IMG/VR virus record: IMGVR_UViG_3300027734_000164
Span: 1-36,763 of that record
Source of the DNA: a virus
Taxonomy: Duplodnaviria > Caudoviricetes
Reading direction: 5' to 3' (one strand)
DNA length: 36,763 nucleotides
Below are positions 1 through 7,687 of the stretch, piece by piece; the first letter of the stretch is position 1, and every line of letters starts with the position of its first letter. The notes below the pieces were generated by a model, which worked only from the letters and a program-made list of their open reading frames with translations, was not told the origin of the DNA and ran no database searches. The translations under genes were made by a program, and so were the position numbers.

Positions 1-10
1 GCTCGGAACC
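1..10. repeat. Terminal direct repeat GCTCGGAACC (left copy), candidate cosN cohesive end
   Basis: Identical to 36754..36763; on the circle it lies 63 bp upstream of the ParB-terS-terL operon. Confidence 0.85.
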
Positions 11-56
11 TGCCGTGCAGAAAAATGACCTGTAAAAAGTTATCTATGTTTTTTAT

Positions 57-324
57 TGACAACAACTTACAGAAGCTATTACTTTTAAAGTCATAAGTAT
101 GGGTAGTATCAACACTCAAGCTTTTGTAAGTGCTACTTCCTTGTGTAAGTCCTTGGGAATCAACAGGTCGTTCATGGCTTTTCTTGGCTTTTGTAACCTC
201 TTGATATAGAGCATATACCAAGAAGCCAAACTCCCAGGCTAGGCAAAAGAACATCAAATGGAGTGCTTTCATGTGATGTGCCTACTCAAGAGAATGTGCC
301 TTTTCCTTCTTTAAGCCCTTAATA
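57..324. promoter_or_regulatory. Cluster of IHF-like sites next to the genome end
   Basis: TAACCTCTTGATA 194..206 matches YAAN4TTGATW exactly; near matches TAAGCCCTTAATA 312..324, TAAGTCCTTGGGA 146..158, TAAGTTGTTGTCA (minus, 57..69). Confidence 0.5.
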
Positions 325-515
325 TGCATAGATTTAGCTGTTTGTTTTTGATATGGACAAGTGATTTCCCATGTATTTCCAGGGGGGCTACCGTTTATTT
401 ATTGCCCAGGTTGGCCTACCAGGCTCCACCCCAGCAAGGGGGGTATGGTGTCCATGGGCTGGCCATGCATGGCTAGGCTTGTGGCGGGGCTCCCAGGTGC
501 CTTTGCGTGGCTTCC

Positions 516-1010
516 TCACAGGCTCCCACCTGCCTCCACCCATGCCTCTACCAGGGGCTTGGCCTCCTCGATGAACTCTAGCCTTTGGGCTTCTGACCAG
601 GCTGATGGGCTCTTCTTGGCTACCCACTGCTTGGCCTTGAATACATAGGCTAGCCAATGGGCTTGTGGTCTTGGGCTTGAGCCCTCAATGGGGTCTGGCA
701 AGATACCTGCCCATAGGCATAGCTGTTTGAGTTCCCCTGGCTTAGGGCTGGCCAGCATGGTCTTAGCCTTGGCTACCCTCTCCAGGCGTCTGCCTTCCTC
801 ACCATTGATGCCACCAATATCAAGCACTTGTTCAATATCCAGCCCCTCACTCCTGGCTGACAATAGCAGTTGCCCTGCATCGGCGGCTAGGCTGATGGCT
901 TCTGCCATGTCCTGGATTGCCTGTTCCCTGGCCTGGCGTAGTTTGGCTACCGTTTTTTGTAGCTCCAATCCTACCTGCTTTTCGTTGTCCTGGATGATTG
1001 CCTTACTCAT
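516..1010 (-). CDS. Hypothetical helical protein (DUF3102-like N-terminus)
   Basis: Start moved to MSKAIIQ after AAGGAG; segment AISLAADAGQLLLSAR. Confidence 0.7.
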   Translation of the reverse strand: MSKAIIQDNEKQVGLELQKTVAKLRQAREQAIQDMAEAISLAADAGQLLLSARSEGLDIEQVLDIGGINGEEGRRLERVAKAKTMLASPKPGELKQLCLWAGILPDPIEGSSPRPQAHWLAYVFKAKQWVAKKSPSAWSEAQRLEFIEEAKPLVEAWVEAGGSL

Positions 1011-1024
1011 GTGCTTGTGTCTCC

Positions 1025-1324
1025 TTATTGTGCAAAGGCTTCCCATGGCATTTGTGCCTCCTGGGCTTCCTCTGCTGGTGGTTCCAATTCTGCAAACCTG
1101 TGCTGTGCAAAGCCTCTCTCTGCATGGGGTGGCACACTAGAGCATGGGTTCTCAAGCCCTTGCAAATAAACCACCACCTCACCTGGCTGGCCATCCAGGC
1201 CAATACCTATGCCCATATCCCTTACAATATAGACCCTGTCCTTGATTGGTAGGCTGTTGTAATAGACCAGTATGTCTGTTGGGAACCTGTCGTCCAGGCA
1301 CACAACTTTGCTCCCAGACCTCAC
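1025..1324 (-). CDS. Hypothetical protein (possible SH3/KOW-like fold)
   Basis: GTG start overlaps upstream TGA (GTGA); GSKVVCLDD...YIVRD pattern. Confidence 0.65.
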   Translation of the reverse strand: MRSGSKVVCLDDRFPTDILVYYNSLPIKDRVYIVRDMGIGIGLDGQPGEVVVYLQGLENPCSSVPPHAERGFAQHRFAELEPPAEEAQEAQMPWEAFAQ

Positions 1325-1860
1325 TTTTTGCCCCTCCCTACCGTTTTCTTGATGCCCTTTTCCCAGGCTCCCTTTGGCCATTTCGGACATTCCTGGCGTC
1401 TTCTCTGGTGAATCCTAAGAGCCCTTTCCTTGTAAATCTCCCTAACCCTTTGAGACCTCTGCACCCTCAACACAAGCCCTGTTCTTTGGGATAGCTCAGA
1501 TAACCTGGCTGATAAAGCCGCCCTGGTGTAGGGCTTGCCTGTCAGTGGATTGATGTATTTCTTGGCAATGCTAGTGAGGCTTTCTGGGCTCCTGTTGGTA
1601 GCTAGGGCTAGTAATGCCTCATCCAGGGTATCATCCCTTTTGGTTCTGAGTAGCGGACCACTCAACTCTGTTTGGATGGTGTCTTGAATCACCTGGGCGG
1701 CCATCTTGGCTAGTTCATCCAGGCTAATGGCTGGGTTCATGCCCTTCATCTTGGAAAGCCTCTCCTTTACCACATCCTCCATGGTATCAATTTCTGAGGC
1801 AATATCTGGGGTGTAGCTGGCCAGGATGCTGTCTGCTGGGTCTTGATTTATAGAGGGCAT
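1321..1860 (-). CDS. HTH protein with sigma70 region-4-like C-terminal half; candidate late regulator
   Basis: ESLTSIAKKY...TRAALSARLSEL; basic C-terminus; position near the end of the early/middle region. Confidence 0.55.
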   Translation of the reverse strand: MPSINQDPADSILASYTPDIASEIDTMEDVVKERLSKMKGMNPAISLDELAKMAAQVIQDTIQTELSGPLLRTKRDDTLDEALLALATNRSPESLTSIAKKYINPLTGKPYTRAALSARLSELSQRTGLVLRVQRSQRVREIYKERALRIHQRRRQECPKWPKGAWEKGIKKTVGRGKK

Positions 1861-1865
1861 ACCGT

Positions 1866-2270
1866 TTAATTTTCCACTTCTACCCAGGCATACCTGCCTA
1901 CCCTGTTCAGTTCTGCCATGGCTTGCTTCTGGGTTGAGAAAAACAGGTCAATTACTGGAGCCCTGCCATAGCTGGCCTTCTTTGCCACCACTGCTGTTCC
2001 AGTGTCTTTAGCCACATAGGTTTTCCCATTCACCTTTACCCTGGAGCCATATTTGATGATTTTGGGGTCGACAGCACAGGTCTTACCACTAACAAGCCTA
2101 TTGCCTGTTGAACTTTCATACCTGGTTGTCCATGGGTCTTGGCTTGGGTGAGCCCAGTAAGCTGTAATTCTGGCTTTAATCAGCTTTTTAGGCTTTGAAA
2201 CAGGCTCAATAAGTATGTTGGTGGCTTGGCATGGAGCCAAAAGGGCAACAAACATTACCAAGAATCTCAT
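1866..2270 (-). CDS. Secreted 3D-domain (MltA-like) protein
   Basis: Signal peptide; ITAY, CAVDPKIIKYGS, AKDTG and IDLF give the three conserved Asp. Confidence 0.85.
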   Translation of the reverse strand: MRFLVMFVALLAPCQATNILIEPVSKPKKLIKARITAYWAHPSQDPWTTRYESSTGNRLVSGKTCAVDPKIIKYGSRVKVNGKTYVAKDTGTAVVAKKASYGRAPVIDLFFSTQKQAMAELNRVGRYAWVEVEN

Positions 2271-2563
2271 ATAGCCACCTGTTCTGCATCAATCCAGTGT
2301 GCAAATCTCCCAGGCTTAACAATCTTACCGTTTTTCTCTAACCACCTGGCATGATATTGGACTGCCCCCTGGCCAAGTTTAAGGATTTTGGCAATCACTG
2401 CTGTTGGGATGCCATTGATTAAAAGCACTGCAATGGCCTGGCGTAGCAAATCTATCCGCTCTTCAGTCCTATTCTTGGCTGTAAGCTTCTTAAACTCTGT
2501 ATTGTCTGGGCAAAGTTCAATTAAAAGCCTTTCAGCCCTAAGTTGTGCTGATTCAATGGGCAT
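2267..2563 (-). CDS. HTH DNA-binding protein
   Basis: GIPTAVIAKILKLGQGAVQYH. Confidence 0.7.
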   Translation of the reverse strand: MPIESAQLRAERLLIELCPDNTEFKKLTAKNRTEERIDLLRQAIAVLLINGIPTAVIAKILKLGQGAVQYHARWLEKNGKIVKPGRFAHWIDAEQVAI

Positions 2564-2568
2564 AGCTT

Positions 2569-2596
2569 GTCCTAGCTTTTGAGTTTATGGTGTCAA
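2569..2596 (-). promoter_or_regulatory. Sigma70-like promoter TTGACA-N16-TAGGAC
   Basis: Intergenic; same architecture as the promoters at 8015..8042 and 9044..9071. Confidence 0.6.
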
Positions 2597-2606
2597 TGTT
2601 GGTGCT

Positions 2607-3494
2607 TTATTGGTCACAACTTACACACAAGGGCTTCTTATGCTCCTCTGGGACAATCATTGGAGTTGTGTTCTGCCACTTAATCAAATGATGAATCCTG
2701 GGGTTGCTGGTGTTCATCATTGAAATCCTAACACTGGATGGGTGCATCATCACCGTGGTGAAAGCCTTGCAGTATGTTCCAAACCTCAGATACATATCAG
2801 TTATACCGTTTTTCTGGCTCTGGGTAGCTGTTTGAACCAGGCTAATCATGGGAATAGTGCCAAATAGCACTCCCCTGGAGCCCAAGGTTACGTACGTATT
2901 TACGTCCTCATTCATTGCACCAATAAACTGGAATGGCCTATCTGTTGAGCAAATAAAAGAGTTCATACATTTTCTGATGAGAGGCTTCTTGGTTGCATAC
3001 TTATTTTCAACACCACCAATGAAGTCCCCGCCTTGGGCAAATGCCATGCTTGAGAATCCTGTTTCCTTGTAGAACTCAAGGTAAAGGCCAAGCACAGCAT
3101 CCAGGTTGGATACATAGTGAACCTTCAGCTTCTCACCACACCTGCTCACATACCTGTATTCAAATGATATGTAGTCATCGTCCAGTTCCATGAAGTATTT
3201 TATGCCAAGGTCTTTGGCTATTTTGAAACAGGCATTCCTGGCATGGGTGATTGTCCTTCTTTCATCGAAGTTGTTTCCCTCATCAACCTGGTCTGCCATC
3301 TCTTTCTTATTAAATACAACCACTCTGTCCTTGCCAAAGTTGGCAATGTATTTGTCCAGGGTCTTGTCCTCATTATCAACAACCAGGTAAAGCCTTCCAG
3401 TATAACCAGCATCTTTCAGTGTAGCCATGGTCTTTACATTGGTTGGCCTACCATGGGTTAGGATGAATATGGCAAAATCACTCTGCGTGCTCAA
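2607..3494 (-). CDS. TAGT/GREB1-like GT-A glycosyltransferase (putative DNA base modification)
   Basis: FILTHGR, ARNACF, ELDDDY, KCMNSF and NEDV motifs. Confidence 0.75.
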   Translation of the reverse strand: MSTQSDFAIFILTHGRPTNVKTMATLKDAGYTGRLYLVVDNEDKTLDKYIANFGKDRVVVFNKKEMADQVDEGNNFDERRTITHARNACFKIAKDLGIKYFMELDDDYISFEYRYVSRCGEKLKVHYVSNLDAVLGLYLEFYKETGFSSMAFAQGGDFIGGVENKYATKKPLIRKCMNSFICSTDRPFQFIGAMNEDVNTYVTLGSRGVLFGTIPMISLVQTATQSQKNGITDMYLRFGTYCKAFTTVMMHPSSVRISMMNTSNPRIHHLIKWQNTTPMIVPEEHKKPLCVSCDQ

Positions 3495-3885
3495 GATACT
3501 GGCTCCTTATCTCATCGCATAGCCTTACATAACCATTCTGGATTGCTTTGCCAAAGTCTATGATAACTAAGGCAGACTTTTCCATAAGGGCTTGGGTCTC
3601 TGGTGAGGCATGGGCATAATAGTCTGCAATCTTTTCATAATTGAAGACGCTGTGCCTTTTGGCCGCCTCAATCAGAAACTCCTTTTCGTCCTGTGGAATG
3701 GCTGATGCAAGAACCTCTCTAATTAGGCTGTTGGATTTTGAGATGTCCACCAGTTCCATTAGGTGTGGCTTCTTGTTCTTTGGCTCATAAACTGGAGCCT
3801 CTATTTTGGATGAGTATTTTGACTCCTCCTTGTCTATCTCAAGCTCTGCACCAAAGAGGCTGGCCTGTTTATGGATTCCATCCAC
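3478..3885 (-). CDS. Conserved helical partner protein of phage TAGT-like glycosyltransferases
   Basis: EKEFLIEAAKRHSVFNYEKIADYYAHA...ALVIIDF; probable GTG start after GGAGG; overlaps the GT start. Confidence 0.65.
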   Translation of the reverse strand: MDGIHKQASLFGAELEIDKEESKYSSKIEAPVYEPKNKKPHLMELVDISKSNSLIREVLASAIPQDEKEFLIEAAKRHSVFNYEKIADYYAHASPETQALMEKSALVIIDFGKAIQNGYVRLCDEIRSQYLEHAE

Positions 3886-4078
3886 TGACCACCTCCCATC
3901 CTTTGTCTGTTCTTTTAAGAATCCTTGACCTTCCAATCTTTGGAACAGCAAGTTTTGCACTTTCAATGCAATCATAAGCCTTTGGAAGTTCTCTCCAGGT
4001 AAGAAGGTTGTGATCAACAACCTGTATTTTGAACAGAACAACCTCTTTCCTGGTGCTTGATAGGTCTTTAATCAACAT
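3869..4078 (-). CDS. Hypothetical protein
   Basis: 69-aa ORF coupled to both neighbours. Confidence 0.55.
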   Translation of the reverse strand: MLIKDLSSTRKEVVLFKIQVVDHNLLTWRELPKAYDCIESAKLAVPKIGRSRILKRTDKGWEVVSGWNP

Positions 4079-4343
4079 AGTATTGGCTCACTTTCTTTCC
4101 TGTTTCAGTCTCCACATCCCTACTCTTGATTGCAATGCCATTCTTTTTTAGGTCATGGATTCTGCTTGCCAGCCTAAAAATCCCATAAAGCTTCAATGCC
4201 TCCAGGGATGTTATGGGCTTTCCACTTTGCAAGTGTGATAGCACCTGCTGGCACTGCTTGGAGCCTATTGGCTTGATTGGGTGGTGTGTCTGGATTGGCT
4301 CAACAAAGGCCATGGTTAGCTGAGATGCATAGTGGAAGCTCAT
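4068..4343 (-). CDS. Winged HTH protein (HTH_39-like)
   Basis: HLQSGKPITSLEALKLYGIFRLASRIHDLK. Confidence 0.85.
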   Translation of the reverse strand: MSFHYASQLTMAFVEPIQTHHPIKPIGSKQCQQVLSHLQSGKPITSLEALKLYGIFRLASRIHDLKKNGIAIKSRDVETETGKKVSQYYVD

Positions 4344-4777
4344 TTCTTTGACCCCTTCAGTTTGTAGTTAATCCAGTTCATGTTTCTTGCATTGAGGATT
4401 GTGGTGTGGTCACAGCCCCATGCCCTTGCAATCACTGATGCGGGTATGCCAGCATTGTATTGGTCTTTCCATAATGCCCATCTTCTGGCAACGATCTCTG
4501 AATTTTTATTGGATGTTGCCCTGCACATCACCTTTCCCTTCTTGAACTTCTTTCCCTTTGAGTAGGAAAGCTCTTCTGGGACTACAATATTTGCAATCTT
4601 GCCCTCTTCATTTGGAACTGAATGCTTCAGCACCATGCATGATTTGATCTGATTGATCTGAGCCCCCAGGGTATTGTTTGATATATCAATTTTCTGCATC
4701 AGTTCTTCAATCTTCTTTTCAAGCTCACCAACCCTGTATATTGTTGCTGGTAATGCCATATCAATGTTGTTGATCAT
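4340..4777 (-). CDS. Coiled-coil protein with DnaA domain IV-like C-terminal HTH
   Basis: ATGA overlap with initiator stop; IARAWGCDHTTIL resembles the DnaA RDHTTV signature. Confidence 0.65.
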   Translation of the reverse strand: MINNIDMALPATIYRVGELEKKIEELMQKIDISNNTLGAQINQIKSCMVLKHSVPNEEGKIANIVVPEELSYSKGKKFKKGKVMCRATSNKNSEIVARRWALWKDQYNAGIPASVIARAWGCDHTTILNARNMNWINYKLKGSKK

Positions 4778-5541
4778 GATGTTGGGGCTCCAGCTTTCTG
4801 CCACTCATTGAAGCTTGTGAAGCCCATTACCCTGTAAAGTGGTGCTGATTCACAAGACGATTTATATTGTGGTTTTGGTTTCATTATTTGTGTTCCTTTT
4901 GTTTGGTGTGTTGTTGTTGTGTCCTTGTTCCTTCTGAAGCAGTTCCTGGCGGCGGCTTGCCAATCCTTTACATGGCCTTTTCCACCAACCTTCCATCCAT
5001 TGGATTGGTAGTGGTCATAAGCTCCCTCAACTGAATCTCCATGCCATCCAATTGAAGTTGCATATTCACACCATTCCAAAAGACTAGGGCGAACATGGTG
5101 AGCCCTTTCTATATGTATATTCTTATTCTTACTCTTACTCTTATTCTCCCCCCATCTTTGATCAATAGATGCCTCATCTTTGATTGATACATCAACCATC
5201 TTTGCTACATCTCTGCGCCTATAAGCCTCCATCTTTGAATTGATTTTATTCAATCCTTGTGCAACTCCTTGATGGTGAATGGCTCCATCTTTAAGTTCAA
5301 AGACTCCAGCTTTTTGCAGTTCATCAACTAGATGCCCTGCCTCCTGGCCAACCATTCTGCTAATCTGTTCTTTGCTTGGGATGTTGCCAGCAATCACCAG
5401 GCTTCCATTGCTGTTGGCCTTATACATTAAGCATACAAGGTGAATCCAAAGCCCCCTGGCCTCAAGGCTAACTAGGGAAAGCTTCTCATTGGAGAGCCAC
5501 CTGTTTGGTTCAAATGGAAACCAGAAACTATCTTTAATCAT
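4774..5541 (-). CDS. Replication initiator (lambda O/DUF1376-like)
   Basis: WFPFEPNRWL...SLEARGLWIHLVCLM N-terminus, K/N-rich linker, HYQSNGW...KDWQAAARN C-terminus; internal iterons. Confidence 0.8.
   Translation of the reverse strand: MIKDSFWFPFEPNRWLSNEKLSLVSLEARGLWIHLVCLMYKANSNGSLVIAGNIPSKEQISRMVGQEAGHLVDELQKAGVFELKDGAIHHQGVAQGLNKINSKMEAYRRRDVAKMVDVSIKDEASIDQRWGENKSKSKNKNIHIERAHHVRPSLLEWCEYATSIGWHGDSVEGAYDHYQSNGWKVGGKGHVKDWQAAARNCFRRNKDTTTTHQTKGTQIMKPKPQYKSSCESAPLYRVMGFTSFNEWQKAGAPTS
5111..5237. repeat. Replication origin candidate: CATCTTTG iterons plus AT-rich TCTTAY repeats
   Basis: CATCTTTG at 5153, 5175, 5197, 5230; TCTTAY tandem hexamers at about 5121..5145. Confidence 0.75.
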
Positions 5542-5747
5542 TTCTTTTTAGCCTCCATATCCCTCTTCTGATATTTCCTTGCCCTATCCAATAGCTCTTT
5601 AGTGATACGATGGGAATAGTCCAGGTGGCTCACAATGTCCTTGTAGTTTTCCCTCTTTGCATGGTCGAAGTCTCTGAACAATTCTTTTAATCTTTTGCTT
5701 ACAACCCTGTGAAACTCATCTACAATCATTAGCCTCTTTACACTCAT
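5538..5747 (-). CDS. Hypothetical protein
   Basis: 69-aa ORF with ATGA overlaps at both ends. Confidence 0.7.
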   Translation of the reverse strand: MSVKRLMIVDEFHRVVSKRLKELFRDFDHAKRENYKDIVSHLDYSHRITKELLDRARKYQKRDMEAKKK

Positions 5748-5899
5748 TTATTTTTTTTAATCCTTTCAATTAAGTCTTTTACCAAATCCAGCAATATCTC
5801 GCACACAAACAAAGCCGTGAGAAATGCGGCGAATAATCCAATGCCCATAATAAACACCGCCCACAAACTCTTGGCGATGTATAAAAGGAAAGTTACCAT
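5744..5899 (-). CDS. Small membrane protein (51 aa, not in ORF track)
   Basis: MVTFLLYIAKSLWAVFIMGIGLFAAFLTALFVCEILLDLVKDLIERIKKNK; coupled at both ends. Confidence 0.65.
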   Translation of the reverse strand: MVTFLLYIAKSLWAVFIMGIGLFAAFLTALFVCEILLDLVKDLIERIKKNK

Positions 5900-6114
5900 T
5901 TGGGTGCTTTAGGCCACGATGCCCACATCCGAACATTTGTTTCACTTTCAGTCCAGCTTTTAGAAACAAACTGACCGCAGACGAAGCGACCACCAAGCAC
6001 CTCACCATCAATATCAATAAGAACTCTTTCATTTTCTTCTGGTAACTCCTTTGTGTTTTTCCAGACCAGCATTGACCATTTGGTTATAGGCACATCAATT
6101 TCAATAGCGGACAT
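5893..6114 (-). CDS. DUF551-like protein
   Basis: WKNTKELPEENERVL...VRMWASWPKAP. Confidence 0.75.
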   Translation of the reverse strand: MSAIEIDVPITKWSMLVWKNTKELPEENERVLIDIDGEVLGGRFVCGQFVSKSWTESETNVRMWASWPKAPKW

Positions 6115-6325
6115 TTTGAAGCCTCCTTATCTCTAGCACTACATCATTCAAAACATCCTTGATCACTTGATCTTCAGTAGAGTCTGCTATCTGTTGAACC
6201 AATTCAGCACAACGATTGCGCTCCACCTCTGCCACCTTTCCAAAGTTTTCCCTTAGTATATTTGGGATTTCACCCAACACCTGGGAGCCAATAGACTCTG
6301 TAGCACTAGAAAGGAATTTGGTCAT
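6101..6325 (-). CDS. Hypothetical protein
   Basis: ERNRCAELV motif common in small phage proteins. Confidence 0.65.
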   Translation of the reverse strand: MTKFLSSATESIGSQVLGEIPNILRENFGKVAEVERNRCAELVQQIADSTEDQVIKDVLNDVVLEIRRLQNVRY

Positions 6326-7091
6326 CTGGGTTCTCCTTGGTTACTGCTTCAGCCTCCAGCAAGATTTCTCTGATGATTTCATTTCTAATGATGTCGTTCT
6401 TATATGGCTTGCCATCTTTACCTGGCTTCAGTTCTTGCTTGGACAACCAATCAAGATAGTCTAAGCCCTTGCCACTTGGGAACTGGGCAATCTCTCTGAG
6501 GCTTGAGCCCTTATGCTTTCCAAAGTTCAGCACCATATCCCTAACTCCACCAAGCTTTTCATTGGCTACTTGGGCTACAATCTTTTCAGCAAGTCCTACT
6601 GGTGCCTTGATAGGCTCTTCATATTTCTCAGTGTTGATGTCCTCAAACCCACCATGAGGAACTTCTTCAGCTGGTGTGGTGGATAGGTTGCTATCGATCA
6701 GAACCACAATATGGGCAAAGGCTGAACGACAGGCTCTGCTGATTGCCCTGGTCTGGCACATTGCCCTTCTGGCGTATTCTGGTCTCTTAGCCCACATGGG
6801 CTCATCATCTCCAACAAATCCCTCTGCCTGGCTAATAACCTGGCCATCTGCCATCTTCCTAACTTCTCCAATACACCGAAAGCCACCCTCTACCTTCTCA
6901 ACACCTTTGGCAGAGGCAACACAGCCATGAGCAACTGCTATGGCTTGCCATCCCTCCACTTTCACATAATCTTTATTGCCAATTCTCTGTGCTGTTGCCT
7001 TAACAATTTCACGACAAGCTCCAGCAACATCGGAACTCTGCCTTGCCAGGATTGCCACCTGGTTGTTTGTTGTAGTTAGTTCACTGCTCAT
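6306..7091 (-). CDS. Single-strand annealing recombinase (Rad52-superfamily-like) with DUF3820-like domain and SSB-like tail
   Basis: YVKVEGW, AMCQTRAISRA; FGKHKG...YLDWL; ends DDQIPF. Confidence 0.7.
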   Translation of the reverse strand: MSSELTTTNNQVAILARQSSDVAGACREIVKATAQRIGNKDYVKVEGWQAIAVAHGCVASAKGVEKVEGGFRCIGEVRKMADGQVISQAEGFVGDDEPMWAKRPEYARRAMCQTRAISRACRSAFAHIVVLIDSNLSTTPAEEVPHGGFEDINTEKYEEPIKAPVGLAEKIVAQVANEKLGGVRDMVLNFGKHKGSSLREIAQFPSGKGLDYLDWLSKQELKPGKDGKPYKNDIIRNEIIREILLEAEAVTKENPDDQIPF

Positions 7092-7318
7092 TTCATCCTC
7101 CTTATTGGTTGGTTGTTGTAGTCGTAATCCCCCAGGGATTCACGATCTTCTCTGCTTCCACTGACAGGTAAATTTAAGCTTCTAAGGTCTTTGCCCTGGT
7201 CGTATTCAGTATCTGGAAAAGCACCGAATAATCTTACAACCCATTCATCTGTGGTTTCACCTGGTAACTTTTTATTGGCTGGCTCCTCATGCCAGAATGT
7301 TGGTAGTTCTTCACTCAT
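7088..7318 (-). CDS. Hypothetical acidic protein
   Basis: Start MSEELP after AAGGAG, ATGA overlap. Confidence 0.65.
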   Translation of the reverse strand: MSEELPTFWHEEPANKKLPGETTDEWVVRLFGAFPDTEYDQGKDLRSLNLPVSGSREDRESLGDYDYNNQPIRRMK

Positions 7319-7680
7319 TTTATTGTCTCCTTTATTTTGTTTAGTAAAACATTGTATGCCATAGAGCCACCCTTGCTGATGGTTGCCTGGATGGGCTTGA
7401 GCCATTCAGAAGTTATGGAATGTGATGGGACTCTGAATACCAAGATGCCCCTGCTTGCGGCCTCATTATACTTCTCCATGTCTTTAAGGAACCCCGCCCC
7501 CCTGGTGTGCCGTCCACCTGTATAGACACCACCCTCAAGCTCAATGGCAACACCAGACTTGTGGAAGTAATCAAACCTCCACTTTCTTGTGGGGTGGAAC
7601 TTATATTCTGGAATCAGTTCTTGGCCATGGGTAATCCTCCACAGCAGTTCAAACTTTTTATTTGCTTTGGAGGATTTCAT
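7315..7680 (-). CDS. PD-(D/E)xK endonuclease (DUF559/Vsr-like)
   Basis: EYKFHPTRKWRFDY...AIELEGG...GRHTRGAGFLKDMEKYNEA. Confidence 0.85.
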   Translation of the reverse strand: MKSSKANKKFELLWRITHGQELIPEYKFHPTRKWRFDYFHKSGVAIELEGGVYTGGRHTRGAGFLKDMEKYNEAASRGILVFRVPSHSITSEWLKPIQATISKGGSMAYNVLLNKIKETIK

Positions 7681-7687
7681 TTGCCTC

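Noticed and set aside
388-657. 89-aa minus ORF
   Set aside because: Half overlaps the upstream gene with low-complexity composition; only a short GTG-started tail is possible and it is unsupported
5766-6032. 88-aa minus ORF
   Set aside because: Overlaps the DUF551-like gene; the 51-aa ORF 5744..5899 fits the coupling better
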